Source: Toensbergia leucococca (taxonomy: Eukaryota). Taken from it: DNA of 64,000 nucleotides. Location of the stretch: the NCBI GenBank assembly GCA_022813965.1, contig JALDZS010000001.1, positions 310,001-374,000 of the forward strand, written 5' to 3'. The first letter of the stretch is position 1. Each line of letters begins with the position of its first letter. A program made the position numbers and the translations under genes. Of this stretch, positions 24,076-38,083 are shown one piece after another. The notes under the pieces were generated by a model. The model saw only the letters and a list, made by a program, of their open reading frames with translations. It ran no database searches and was not told the DNA's origin.

Positions 24076-24856
24076 AGTACGAAGTGTGAAGGATAGCTAC
24101 TTCATGTATGTAAACACGCTGAATTCTTCCTAATTGGCCGATCGGTCTCCGAAAATGAGCCGAGAAAGCATCGCCCAGTTTTATGTCGCCGAACTTAAGC
24201 ATCCAAGGGCAATGGCAACTGCTTGGAGTCGTCGAAGTAATCTATGACAATGTTGAGTGATGGCAGCTCTGATTCTGAATGTGGTGGGCTACCTTGCCCT
24301 TCACTCTTTGACTTTGCCTTCATCCGTGAGCATTCTGCATGTAATCCCCACGTTACATTAGTGGCTCAACGAACTACGTCAAGCGCCGTCTAAAATCCTT
24401 TCCCCGTCACCCCACCATCGATGTATCATCAGTAGTGCGACAAGCTCTTGCCGGCCCGGAGGCAGGATGCTACATTTCGTTGAATGCCCTGCCCAATAAA
24501 TACTGGCTCAGAAGTCAAAACCAAGATGAAGCTGCATCCCAAATAGATAATTAGCGCGCCATTGCTGTGAAGGAGCTGAGAGGATTATTGGGTAGTCTTT
24601 CCCGAAACCAATCTGCTTCCCCAAACAAATTTCTGTGGTCGACCCTTCCCCTTCAACATACTTTCATCTCCGCACTTCACCATCTTCCCTCGACACATCT
24701 GTACAATAGAGCATACTCTTCCCATCAATCATCACTCATCACTCATCACTCGTCAGCTAATACAATCATATGCCATAAGATTGTGTTCTCAGCCGTCGAA
24801 CCTGTTTTGGCTTACATTGAGAATTTCGCTCGATACTGAGCATCATCCACATCACC

Positions 24857-27800
24857 ATGGCTCCCTCAGAGTCAAACGGAGCTCCTTCGACCAACGGCGT
24901 CACTGTCCCCGTCGTCAACGGTCACACACCCACTTACGCCGAAAAGCACAAACTCCCCTCACACTTCATAGGCGGTAATCATTTACAAGTTGCTCATTCA
25001 GGCCCGGTGAAGGACTTTGTTGCTAAAACAGAGGCCCACACCGTCATAACATCTGTGAGCTGCATCTTGGCTTCGGCTATCTGAAATGAACAATAGCTGA
25101 TAGGTGTTCCTTAGGTACTCATTGCCAACAATGGAATTGCCGCCGTCAAGGAGATTCGATCTGTACGAAAATGGGCCTACGAGACTTTTGGGGACGAGCG
25201 AGCCATACAATTCACAGTCATGGCTACGCCAGAGGATCTTCAAGCCAATGCAGAGTACATCCGTATGGCGGATCAATATGTCGAGGTAAGCACACTTTAT
25301 AGAGATAGATGACTGATGAGAAGTCTCGGATGTAGTTATTTGGCCGGGGATACTTGAGGCTAATTGTTGGGTCTTTAGGTTCCAGGAGGCTCGAATAACA
25401 ACAATTACGCAAACGTTGAGTTAATCGTGGACGTTGCTGAACGTATGAACGTACATGCCGTCTGGGCAGGATGGTAGGTAGCGATATTGAGATTGCGAGG
25501 AATCAACCAGCTTACAGTGGCATAGGGGTCACGCCTCTGAAAACCCACATTTACCCGAATCGTTAGCTGCTTCACCAAAGAAGATCATATTTATTGGTCC
25601 TCCGGGCTCGGCAATGCGATCTCTTGGCGACAAGATCTCTTCGACAATAGTGGCACAACACGCAAAGGTCCCGTGTATACCATGGTCAGGAGAAGGAGTC
25701 GACCAGGTAATACTAGATGAAGATGGCATTGTGACCGTCGCAAATGATGTATATGAAAAGGGCTGCACACACTCGGCGCAAGAAGGGCTAGAGAAGGCAC
25801 GTAAGATAGGGTTCCCTATCATGGTAAAAGCCTCCGAAGGTGGCGGTGGGAAGGGGATTCGTAAAGTCGATGGCGAGGAAAACTTCACGGCACTTTACAA
25901 CGCTGCCGCAAGCGAAGTCCCAGGATCTCCAATGTTCATCATGAAACTTGCGGGTAATGCAAGGCACTTGGAAGTTCAACTTTTGGCGGATGAATATGGC
26001 AACAATATTTCCTTGTTCGGAAGAGACTGTTCCGTTCAACGGAGACATCAAAAAATCATCGAAGAAGCACCCGTCACAATCGCTAAACCTGCAACCTTTC
26101 GAGCGATGGAAAAGGCAGCAGTCCGCCTCGGAAGACTCGTCGGCTACGTCTCTGCTGGAACTGTGGAGTATCTGTATTCTCACTCGGATGACAAATTCTA
26201 TTTCCTCGAGCTAAATCCACGATTGCAAGTTGAGCATCCAACTACAGAAATGGTCAGCGGCGTCAATTTGCCTGCCGCTCAGTTACAGATTGCGATGGGT
26301 GTGCCTTTGCATCGGATCACAGATATACGTCTGCTCTACGGTGCGGATACCAAGACAGCCACGGAGATCGACTTTGACTTTACAGACGAAGCCAGCCTCA
26401 AGACTCAACGACGGCCGACCCCTAAAGGACATACGACCGCCTGCCGTATTACCTCAGAGGACCCAGGCGAAGGTTTCAAACCATCAAGTGGTATGATGCA
26501 CGAACTGAACTTTAGGAGTAGCTCCAATGTTTGGGGATATTTTTCTGTAGGTCAAACAGGCGGCATCCACAGCTTTGCCGATAGTCAATTCGGTCATATA
26601 TTCGCATTTGGAGAGAACCGCTCTGCCTCACGGAAACACATGGTCGTTGCTTTGAAGGAGCTGAGTATCCGAGGAGACTTTCGAACCACAGTCGAGTATC
26701 TGATCAAGTTACTTGAGACCCCTGCTTTCGAAGACAACACCATCACTACTGGCTGGCTTGATGAACTCATCTCAATGAAATTGACGTCCGAACGGCCTGA
26801 TCCTATGCTAGCTGTGGTCTGTGGTGCTGTAACCAAAGCTCATGTTGCAAGCGAAGCATGCATCGCAGAATACCGAACAAGTTTAGAGAAAGGACAGGTC
26901 CCCTCGAAAGATGTACTGAAGACTGTCTTTCCCATTGACTTCATTTATGAGGGTCACCGGTACAAGTTCACTGCGACACGATCGAGCATTGATAGCTACC
27001 ACCTGTTTATCAATGGGTCTAAGTGCGCTGTGGGTGTTCGAGCACTGACTGATGGTGGCCTCCTTGTCTTGCTTAGTGGTCGAAGTCATAATACCTATTG
27101 GAAGGAAGAAGTTGGTGCAACTCGTATCAGTGTCGACAGCAAGACATGTCTCCTGCAGCAAGAGAATGACCCAACTCAGCTAAGGACACCAAGCCCTGGT
27201 AAGCTCGTCAAGTTTACTGTCGAGAATGGCGAGCATGTCAAAGGTGGTCAGGCTTTTGCCGAGGTTGAAGTAATGAAGATGTACATGCCCCTCATCGCAC
27301 AAGAGGATGGTATTGTTCAACTCATCAAGCAGCCTGGAGCTACACTCGAAGCAGGAGATATATTAGGTATTCTCGCTCTAGACGATCCGTCTAGAGTAAA
27401 GAATGCCCAGCCATTCCTTGGACAGCTCCCCGACTTTGGCGCACCACAAGTGGCCGGAAACAAGCCGCCGCAGAGGTTTACCTTTCTATACAGCATCCTA
27501 ACGAATACTTTACAAGGGTTCGATAACCAAGTTATTATGGCTTCGTCACTAAATGAGTTAGTGGAAGTTCTTCGTGATCCCGATTTGCCATATGGCGAGT
27601 GGAATGCTCAATTCTCAGCGCTTCACGCTCGAATGCCTCAAAAACTTGACGCACAATTCATCCAAATTGTGGAGCGTGCGAAGGCAAGGCAGCTTGAATT
27701 TCCGTCAAAGCAATTGATGAAGGCTATGACACGCTTTCTTGAAGAGAACATCAATCCAGGCGATGCAGACTTGTTACGATCTTCCTTGGCACCTCTCACC

Positions 27801-30800
27801 CAAGTCTTGGACCGTTATACGGAAGGACTCAAAGTTCACGAACTTCAAACCTTTTGTGACCTAATTGATCTATACTATAACGTTGAGAGGCTTTTCTCAA
27901 GTCGCAATTCAAGAGACGAAGATGTTATACTAAAGCTGAGAGATGAGAAAAAGGACGATATTCTCAAAGTTGTCCAGACAGTGTTCTCACACAGCAAGAT
28001 CGGTGCGAAGAACAATCTCATCCTTGCGATCCTCGAGATTTATCGACCTAACAAACCAAATACGGGCAATGTCGCAAAATATTTTAAGCCTGCGCTTAGA
28101 CGTTTGACCGAGTTAGAGTCTAGGTCAACTGCGAAGGTTGCTTTGAAGGCCCGAGAAGTTCTCATTCAATGCGCCCTGCCGTCACTAGAGGAGCGAGAGG
28201 CTCAGATGGAACATATCTTGCGATCAGCCGTGGTAGAATCGAAATATGGTGAGACTGGATGGGATCATCGAGAACCGGATCTTGACGTCCTCAAGGAGGT
28301 AGTGGACTCGAAATACACTGTCTTCGATGTTCTCCCCAAATTTTTTGGTCATCAAGATCCTTGGGTTTCGCTTGCCGCTCTCGAGGTATATATTCGACGA
28401 GCCTATCGAGCGTATTCGTTGAAGGCTATCGAATATCACAACGATTACGAGCCGCCATATATTGTGTCTTGGGACTTCTCGCTTCGGAAAATTGGTAATG
28501 CCGAGTTCGGCATGCCCATTACGTCTGGGTATCCATCAACACCTGGAACTCCAATGACGGATGGGAATCCTTTCAAGCGAATCAGCTCCTTCAGTGATAT
28601 GTCATTTCTGCTGGCGAAGGGTGCTGAAGAGCCTACACGGAAGGGTGTTATCGTTCCTGTACAATACATCGATGAAGCCGAAGAGTACCTTATGCGAGCA
28701 TTGGAGGTTTTCCCCGTCGTTGGAACAAAGAAGCAGAATACCCTGATGTTCGATCCCGCTGCAAGTCGACGAAGAGCAGCTTCTCAGAAACGACAAGATT
28801 CGGAAGATGAGCTTACAGCTGTTTGCAATGTTGCGATCCGTGATGCAGAGACCTTCGACGATAACGAAGTTCTGAAGCGGATCTCTGCAATTGCTAATAC
28901 ATACAAAGAAGAACTCTTGTCACGTAGGGTACGGAGACTAACTTTCATCTGCGGGCACAATGATGGAAGCTATCCAGGCTATTTTACCTTTCGAGGGCCC
29001 GAATTTGAGGAGGATGATAGCATTCGCCATGTTGAGCCTGCTTTGGCTTTCCAGCTAGAACTTGGAAAACTGTCAAAATTCCGGATAAAGCCAGTATTCA
29101 CGGAGAACAGAAACATTCATGTCTATGAGGCCATTGGTAAAGGACTTGATAGTGACAAGGCCGTTGATAAAAGATATTTCACTCGTGCAGTCGTTCGTCC
29201 CGGACGACTGCGGGATGATATTCCTACAGCCGAGTACCTGATCTCGGAGGCCCACAGACTCATGACTGATATTTTGGACGCTTTAGAAATCATTGGCAAC
29301 AATAATTCTGACTTAAATCACATTTTCATTAACTTCTCCCCAGTCTTCCCTCTCGAACCTCATGAAGTTGAAGAGGCGTTGGCAGGCTTCCTCGAGCGCT
29401 TTGGTCGACGTGCATGGAGACTTCGAGTGACAAGTGCAGAAATTCGAATAATTGGAACAGAGCCCACCACAGGCCTGCCGTATCCCATGCGAGTTGTCAT
29501 TAACAACACTTCCGGCTATGTCATTCAAGTGGAGTTGTATGCGGAGAAGAAATCAGAAAAAGGTGGCCAATGGATATTTCACAGCATCGGCGGCACAACC
29601 AAAATTGGTTCCATGCATCTGAGACCAGTCTCGACACCATACCCAACCAAGGAGTGGCTACAACCGAAAAGATACAAGGCTCATCTCATGGGTACTCCAT
29701 TCGTTTACGATTTTCCAGAGCTTTTCCGTCAGGCATTCCAAAACAGCTGGACCAAGGCTGTTGCAAAGAACTCATCCTTGACAGATAAACAACCAGCACT
29801 GGGCGAATGTATGGAGTACAGTGAATTGGTACTCGACGAGAGTGATAACCTCGCAGAGGTTTCTCGAGAACCCGGGACTAATACAAACGGTATGGTCGGC
29901 TGGATCCTTACAGCTAAGACTCCAGAATACCCCAGGGGAAGGAAATTTATTATTATTGCTAATGACATAACCTTCCAAATTGGAAGCTTCGGACCTGCCG
30001 AGGACAAGTTCTTTTATAAGTGCACAGAACTCGCCAGGAGATTGGGTATTCCTCGAATTTACTTGTCTGCAAACTCCGGTGCGCGTATTGGTATGGCTGA
30101 TGAGCTTCTACCACACTTTTCAGCTGCCTGGAATGATCCTGCAAGGCCTGAGGCGGGCTTCAAGTATCTATATCTAACTCCAGAAATGAAGAAGCGGTTT
30201 GAGGATGGCAAGTCAAGGGACGTCATCACTGAGCCTATCAAAGAAGGCAGTGAAACAAGACACAAAATCACTACTATCATTGGTGCCGTGGATGGTCTGG
30301 GTGTCGAGTGTCTCAAAGGGTCAGGTTTGATCGCTGGTGCTACTTCCAAAGCCTATGAGGATATCTTTACTATTACCCTGGTGACCTGCCGCTCAGTTGG
30401 TAAGATATTCAAACACCTAAATCGTGACTAGTTTGCTAATGGTCTAAGGTATTGGTGCCTACCTCGTTCGTTTGGGCCAACGAGCCATTCAGATCGAAGG
30501 CCAACCGATAATATTGACGGGAGCTTCTGCTCTCAACAAATTGCTAGGTCGTGAAGTGTACACGTCAAATCTTCAACTTGGTGGCACACAAATTATGCAC
30601 AAGAACGGAGTGTCGCATATGACTGCTCTTGATGATTTTGAAGGAGTTACAAAGATTGTTGATTGGATGTCGTATGTGCCAGAAAAGAGAAATGCCCCTA
30701 TGGCGGTTTCGCCTTGTACAGACCCATGGGATCGTAATATTGCATACTATCCGTCTCCCAAGCAGGCTTACGATGTGCGATGGCTTATTGCCGGTAAGGA

Positions 30801-32012
30801 AGACGACGAAGGCTTCCTCTCTGGACTGTTCGACAAAGACTCATTCCAGGAAACTCTTGCCGGGTGGGCTAAAACTGTGGTTGTTGGGCGTGCTCGAATA
30901 GGCGGTATCCCTATGGGTGTTATTGCTGTTGAGTCACGCTCTGTCGAAAACGTTACACCCGCTGATCCAGCAAACCCCGATTCGATTGAACAAGTAGCCA
31001 ACGAGGCAGGTGGGGTATGGTATCCTAATTCGGCATTCAAAACTGCTCAAGCCATTCAAGACTTTAACAAGGGCGAACAATTGCCTCTAATGATTCTAGC
31101 CAACTGGCGAGGGTTCTCAGGCGGACAACATGACATGTACCACGAAGTGCTCAAGTATGGATCATTCATCGTTGATGCTCTAGTCAAATACGAGCAACCT
31201 ATCTTTGTGTACATACCGCCATTTGGAGAACTTCGTGGAGGCTCATGGGTAAGTTATGTACTAGAGTCACTACACTGCACATACTGATATCATCCTAGGT
31301 TGTCGTCGACCCCACAATCAATCCTCAGTACATGGAGATGTATGCCGATGAAGATGCTCGCGGCGGTGTACTTGAACCAGAAGGCATAGTGAATATCAAG
31401 TTCCGTCGCGACAAGCAACTTGACTCAATGGCACGTCTCGACGGGCCATATGCCGAATTAAAGCGGTCCCTTGGCGATAAAGCATTATCGCAAGATCAAA
31501 TTTCTGACATCAAAATCAAGATGGTCGAACGAGAAAAGCTACTGCAACCTGTCTACTCTCAAATCGCCCTTCAGTTTGCCGATCTACATGACCGTGCGGG
31601 CCGAATGCAGGCTAAAGGGGTCATTCGCCTGCCTCTGCAATGGAAGAATGCCCGTCGATTCTTTTATTGGCGTGTTCGTCGTCGCTTGAACGAGGAATTC
31701 ATTCTTAAAAAGATGGTCTCGTCTTCGATCCAAGGTCCTACGTCTCGTGAACACAACCTCCGGAATCTACAGGCCTGGACCAATATTGAGTCTTTTGACA
31801 AAGACGACCGGGCTGTGGCCATATGGTACGAAGAGAACAAGAAGACTGTGCAAACGAAGTTGGAGGCATTGAAAAGCGAGGGCGTAGCATTTGATGTCGC
31901 AGCACTTTTGAGGGGAAACAAGGACGGAGGATTACAGGGGGTTCGACAGGTGCTGGGCATGTTGCCGGTGGATGAGAAAGAGGCGGTGATGAAGTATCTG
32001 ACAGGCAATTAG
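24857..32012 (+). CDS. ACC1: Acetyl-CoA carboxylase (BC, BCCP and CT domains), about 6 exons
   Basis: [44 protein letters not shown], biotinylation motif [31 protein letters not shown]. Introns at about 25055-25114, 25286-25378, 25473-25525, 30401-30448 and 31249-31298. Confidence 0.98.
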
Positions 32013-32666
32013 AGGGGTATGGGTTCGTTTGTATAGCAGTGCCGTTGTGAATTGGCGGTGGAAGCTCATCAGTGTACATCTCTTTGGAAGTGTGCTTTTT
32101 TGTTTGTGCTTTTCAAAGGGGCGTCTGTCATGCACCATTAGCCATGAAGGATAGCTGTACTGTTAGTTTTAAGGTTTTTGCTCTTTTTTGTAGAACCGAA
32201 GTCATTAGTGTCTAGTCTGAAAAGCATGGAATGTTCAGCTTAGCGTAGTGCAACCTTTGACAAATACGAGGACTCGTACGTGGTGTACATTGAAGGAATT
32301 AGGAGGAAGAAGGATTATGAATGATGAAACCCCAAGCATGAAACCCTAAGCGGGCTCGGTTGGTAATGTTGGGTCACTCGGCTCGTCTGGGCGAGCTAGG
32401 CTCGCTAGGTAAGCCCTAAAATTACCAGAGTTCACTTTGTGGTCAAGTCAGACGCCGAGTTCCATCTTGTGTTGCAATAGCATCGAGGCATCCTTCTAAC
32501 CTCAGTTCCATCATGATTCTGCGCTGATAGCAAACCCTTTCTCCACCTAGTATCTAAATCTAGTATCGAGTATACCTACCCCTATCTATTCACTAGCCCA
32601 CCTATCGACTTATACCTCCCCACCTCAACCAACCTCCCCAACTAATTCCCTCCACCCTCCTCAAAC

Positions 32667-33688
32667 ATGCTGCACACGCTCCTTCTCTATCTCCTCCGCT
32701 TTCTCTTTCTTTACATCGGCCTCTTAAGCAGCCTCCTTCCCCTTTCCTACGTAGCCCACCTTCCAACAGCCTTCTATGCCCGCAGCCTCCTCTCAAACAT
32801 CCTTCTTCTCACCTGCGCCTTCTTCGGCCTCCTCGCCTCAGGACCCCTGACTCTGACCCGTTACGGCCGCCGCAGTACCCAATGGCTCGCCGGCCGCGCC
32901 TTCAAACACGCCATGTACCTCTCCACCGGCGCCCACTTCGACATCGTCGAGGGCAAGCAACACCTCTCCAACCGCCCCGCCGTCTTTATCGCCAACCACC
33001 AAACCGAACTCGACGTCCTCCTCCTCGGCACCATCTTCCCGCCCTTTTGCTCCGTCACCGCTAAGAAAAGCCTCTCGTACATGCCCTTTCTGGGCTGGTT
33101 CATGAGCCTCTCCGGTACCGTCTTCATCGACCGTGCGAACCGCTCATTGGCGCTCAAGGCGTTTGATGGCGCCGCAGCAGAGATGCAGCGAGAGCAGCAG
33201 AGCGTATTTATTTTCCCCGAGGGCACGCGGAATAACGCGCAGGGCCCGGAACTGGGGGCGTTCAAAAAGGGTGCGTTCCACCTCGCCGTCAAGGCCGAGG
33301 TGGATATTGTGCCCATTGTGAGTGCGTGCTACGCGGGCGTCCTGAGCGTCAAGGAAACCCGATTCACAGGCGGCAGCATCCCCGTCAAAGGTACATAATC
33401 AAAACTCCTCCCCGCAATTCCCAAACCCCATCACCCTCTAAAATCTCAATCCGCTAAAACCTGATAGTCCTCCCCCCCATCTCCACCAAAGGCCTCACCT
33501 CCACCGATGTCGAAGACCTCACTCGCACAACCCGCGACCTGATGCTCAAAGAGCTAATTGCCCTCTCCGAAAGTCCAATCGGTCAAAAAGTCGCCACCAC
33601 TACTTCCACAAACGGGAGCGTGCAAGTCGCCGACGGGTTGGCGACGGGGAATGTGAGTGATTCGGCTAGGGCGCGGAGGAAGGAATAG
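32667..33688 (+). CDS. SLC1: 1-acyl-sn-glycerol-3-phosphate acyltransferase, 2 exons
   Basis: NHQTELD, FIDR and FPEGTR acyltransferase motifs, FKKGAFHLA. Intron 33391-33467, then VLPPISTKGLT..RRKE*. Confidence 0.95.
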
Positions 33689-34381
33689 CGATTTGTATGC
33701 TGAGGAACTAGAGGAGGAGATAAGAGAAAGCGATTGGAAAGGAGCAGTAGGAAGAGGAATGAAGCTTAGGGCTTTTGTTTTTCTCTGACTAGCAAGAGGG
33801 TTTCTAGAAACGGTGGAATGGAGTTTATGGCGGCTGGAGTAAAGTGCTGTTTCGAGTGTCGAGGGGAGAGAGAACGTTGGATGGAGCACGCGCCTCCCGG
33901 AGCAACAGCAATCCTATAGATCATAGGGGGGGGATGCGTGGGGAAAGAGGGGGGCTGGCCAGAATATGGAGATACCCCATGTGTGGATAACAATTTTACG
34001 GGTACAACTTACGTTAGGAGGGATATATACTCCGTACAAAACGTCTATCATGCAAAGCTTCCAAAATCCCCCCCAAAAATAGTTCGTCATGAGAAACCAA
34101 AAAAACTCACAATCAAGAAAGGTCCTCATCTCATCTCATCTCACTCCGATTCAAGATGTGTACTGTCATGAGCTATGCACACACACAAACCACCCAATCT
34201 ACAAAACCATTCATCCATCCCCCAAACCATGCACATGGGCCCCAAAAAACAAAAACGCCCCGCTCCCTCGTCCCAAAAAGGAAGAAAGAAAAAAGAGTCC
34301 CAATTCCCTCCCCACTCACCAACGCTAAATTCACAAATCACACGGAAAACTTGAACCAACCTCAAGATACCTCCGGTAGTG

Positions 34382-34407
<26 letters not shown>
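34382..34407. repeat. (GA)n microsatellite
   Basis: About 13 GA units read directly. Confidence 0.9.
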
Positions 34408-34412
<5 letters not shown>

Positions 34413-34627
34413 CACCATGACCCATATACCGCCACCTCCCTTCAAAGAAAGAGGGGGAAAATTACGCCAAAAGCTATGCATCCGGCATTCCCCGCGTCCC
34501 AGCTAGCCAAAGAGCCTTGCAAACGCGCAAAACGCCCCCCTCGTTCATCGATTAGCCCCTCAAGTGTGTATTCAAGGAGGGAAGAAGGGAATCAAACAGC
34601 CCAGGTATGTACGTAAGCATTAAGGCA

Positions 34628-37330
34628 TCATATCATCTGCCTATCATCATCGTCATCATCTTCGTCTTCCATCTGCTCCATCGCTTCCTTGATGTAATGA
34701 GATGCCTATCCCACAAAACGTCAGCCGGTCATCCTCACCACTCAGTCTCAGCCTTAATAGACAAATAAAAACCTTACCTTCGGATCCAGGTTCAGGGCCG
34801 TAGTAAAATGCTTGATGGCGCTGCCCTTTTGTCTCAGAATTTTGTACACCCTCCCTAGCAAAAAGTGCACGTTCGCTTCATCGGGCGCAATATCTTTCAA
34901 GACCCTTAGTTCCACCAGGGCTTGCTGCGGCTCCTGCAAAGCCATCAACACGCGGGCCTTCTTGAATCGCGAAAGCGCCGACTTCGGCGCCAGTTCGCAG
35001 GAACGAGTGTATTGCACGAGAGCTGCTTTGTACTTTTTCATCTTCTCGAGCACAACGCCAATGCAGCAGACTAGGACGGCATTTGTGGGGTTGATATTGG
35101 CGGCGGTACGGTAGTGCTGCTCGGCGAAGTCGTATTTACCTTGTCTCTCGAATACTTTGCCAAGGCCGTACCAAGCGTTGTAATGGCGGTGTTCGGCGGC
35201 GATACCACTTCTGTAAGCCGCCAGTGCCTTGTCGTACTCTTCATTGGCGACGTGTTCGTGGCCTTGGAGAGTAAAGGCGTATGCAAATTTGGGGTTGAGT
35301 TGGGTGGCTCTCTTGAAGCACTTTAGAGCTTGGTCGTGGTCCCTTGCCAAGGAAAAAGAATTGCCCACAGCGCACCACGCTTGAGGTGAAGTTCGATCGA
35401 TCTCGACGATTTCGTGAGATAGGAACGCTAGATCTACCTCGTTTTTCAGATGCCAAAGTATTGTAGAATAGACCTCCATGTCTTCGAGCCTTGATGGCGC
35501 CATTGCCTTTACACGCGTGAAGTATTTTTCAGCGTCGGCATAAGATGCTTGCTCGTAGAGTGCTCGTCCGATCTGGGCAAGAACCCAAGGTGTGTCTCTC
35601 TGCGCTGGAATTATTGAATTGAATATCTGAAGGGCATCCTGGCACTGGTAGTGACTGAGTGCGAAATAGCCGCTTCCTAATTTTGTGAACAGATCTAATA
35701 ACCACTGCAGGCTTTCATATTCCTTGACCTTATCGCTTACAGCAGGTTTTGGGTTCGCTCCAGGTGCTCCACTTGGAGCCGTCGACGTCCTTTGTAGCTC
35801 TTTACCATCAATCTCCATAGCATCCCCATGCTTTCGGTTTCCACTGACAACCCGACCAACAGTAAATCCATTGGCACTACGGCCTTTCGTACCAGGTGCT
35901 TTGACCTTTTTGATATCTCTACCCTCTTTGGAGCCCAAGCTACCAGTGGAGGACGAGAATTTGCTGCTCTGAGGTCTGATCTGGTTGAAAAGTCTGACAC
36001 TTCTCCTTTGCGGTGCCATTGGGTCAATTGGATTATTGCTAAAAATAGTACCAGAATTTATTGATGTCGGTTGTGCTGATTGGCCTGACACTGTTCTTTT
36101 CCTGTCGCCGATGCTAGATAACAAGGTCGATGGTTTATGAGTGGCAGCATAGTCTACCTCTTCTGAATCTCCCTTGCTGTGGGACTTTGATTTTGATGAG
36201 GCAGTACGCATCTTTGGCGGTGCACCAACGCTAAAATCCATGCCTAGTCCTTGTAGCGTGCGGGCCTTCATGCTTGGGGCTAACGGTGGTTCTGTCAATA
36301 TTGGAGCCGATATAGCAGTTCCACTTATGTCTTTCCCAAGTAGAATCTCGGCATTGATACTGCCTCCTGCGCCTGTTGGAGTATCCAAACCATCAAAATC
36401 AAGCCCTCCTCCCCCACCAGTTGGTGTCACGGCAATTCTACTGCCATTCATCTTCTCGAAAAGTGCCGAGCCTCCCAAATTGGGACGAACATCTCCATTT
36501 ATACGATTTTTAGATATAGTAAATGGATCCGTGCCGGAAGGTGGCTGATTAATGCTAGGATTACTGGTTTGAGGTTGGGGCGATCCATTTGAGGGCGGCG
36601 ATTCGTCAAGTACACCTAAGAATGTCTCCTCGGCTGATGAAATTGACAGAACACTTAGCATCTCCGGAGTCATCTTGAAGATGTTCGGTATCCGGACGTT
36701 GACGCCTAGCCAATTCAGTCAGAGCTCCCTTGACCATAGCAAGCATCACTTACCAAGATCGCAGAGGCCAAGAAACGCATCCCACATAAATGGATTTAGC
36801 TTTAAAGCCTCAGCATAGCAGTCTATTGCCTTGTTGGTGTCCTCGTAAGCATGCCATAGTTTGCCTTGCAAGCAGTAAACGGCGGCAGCGTCGGGAAAAT
36901 GTTGTCTTCGTGTTTCGGTGGATTTGTCTTGACGTAGAAGGAGTCAGTTTGTGATGTAAAATCCCAACATCCTCTCGGCCTTTAATTACTCACTCCAATT
37001 ATTCCTAGCAGCCCACAAGCCTCTGCTTCGATCTATTGCGGTAATACCCTCTATGTATCTCTCCAGACCCAAGCAAGCTTGCGCGAAAACGTAAGAGCAT
37101 CCAAAGTGGAATCCTTTTGCTCCGGGGATCCTACTAATGTCGTAGGCGGCCTTCAGTTGTCCTAATCGCAAATGACAGAGAGCTAGAAGGTAGACAGCTT
37201 CTGAGGATCGTGAATCGTATGCAAGCAAACGATCCGCTAGGAACAGAGCGTTTCGGGTAAGGTTGCAGTCAAGATGGTAGTAGATCAGCTGGCGCAGTTG
37301 GCTGACGACATGAGTGCTCACTGGCGTCAT
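34628..37330 (-). CDS. bimA: Anaphase-promoting complex TPR subunit BimA/Cdc27/Nuc2, 4 exons
   Basis: QLRQLIYYHLDCNL N-terminus; TPRs MEVYSTILWHLK, SPQAWCAVGNSFSL, FAYAFTLQGHEHV, HYNAWYGLG; last exon ASHYIKEAMEQMEDEDDDD. Confidence 0.96.
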
Positions 37331-38083
37331 GGTGACGATGTGGATTGTATCGAAAAGCCCCCCAGAATGCCGATTAGAGAAGGGAAGTAGTATTCCGGAT
37401 GTGTGCTGAAAGTCGGAAGTGAGGGGTGATATAGTTGACGCTCATCTGAGGCTGAGGTTGAGGTTATTGTTCTCAGACGGAAAATAAGCAAAGGTAAAGC
37501 GATTTCCCCTCTGATGCAGTCAGTATGCGGAGCGCAAGTGCCGCAAGATAGCAAGGTATGATGCAGGAAGTAAGATGTTGATCGTGTCAGGTGTGTTGAG
37601 GCAAGAGCGGTTAGGAGAATCAGTAGAAGGGCTGCTGAAAGAAAGACATAATCGAGATGATGACAGCAGGCTCCCGAGAGCTATTTCGTGCTCGTAGCAG
37701 GTCTATAACCTTATGTGTGATGGTTGAATAGTACAGAGGACTATGGATTGACTTGGAAACGTGATGTTTTGATCAAAGACAAGGTCTTTTCGACAGAGCG
37801 CTAACATGTGGCGCTACCTCCAAGATCAGCTAGCTTCCTTTTGGTGGCAATGGAAGGCTCGAGTCTTTTGAAAACAGTGAAGCTCCCGCCCGTTATATTC
37901 GAGGACCCCTACCTACTCCGTACCATCACCACCATCACCTTGAACACCAACCTAGACCTCGTTTTCTTATTTCGCACTGATAAATCTAATTAATACCCGT
38001 TTTCATTATTCTCCTCCTATCTAAATCTCTCCACTGGCTTCTCTAGCTTTATGTTGCGGTAGATCCGCAAGGTGGGGGTCAAC

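Noticed and set aside
32320..32530. Possible C/D snoRNA (ATGATGA ... CTGA) and telomere-like AAACCCTAA between ACC1 and SLC1
   Set aside because: No terminal stem or recognisable rRNA guide; the motifs are too short.
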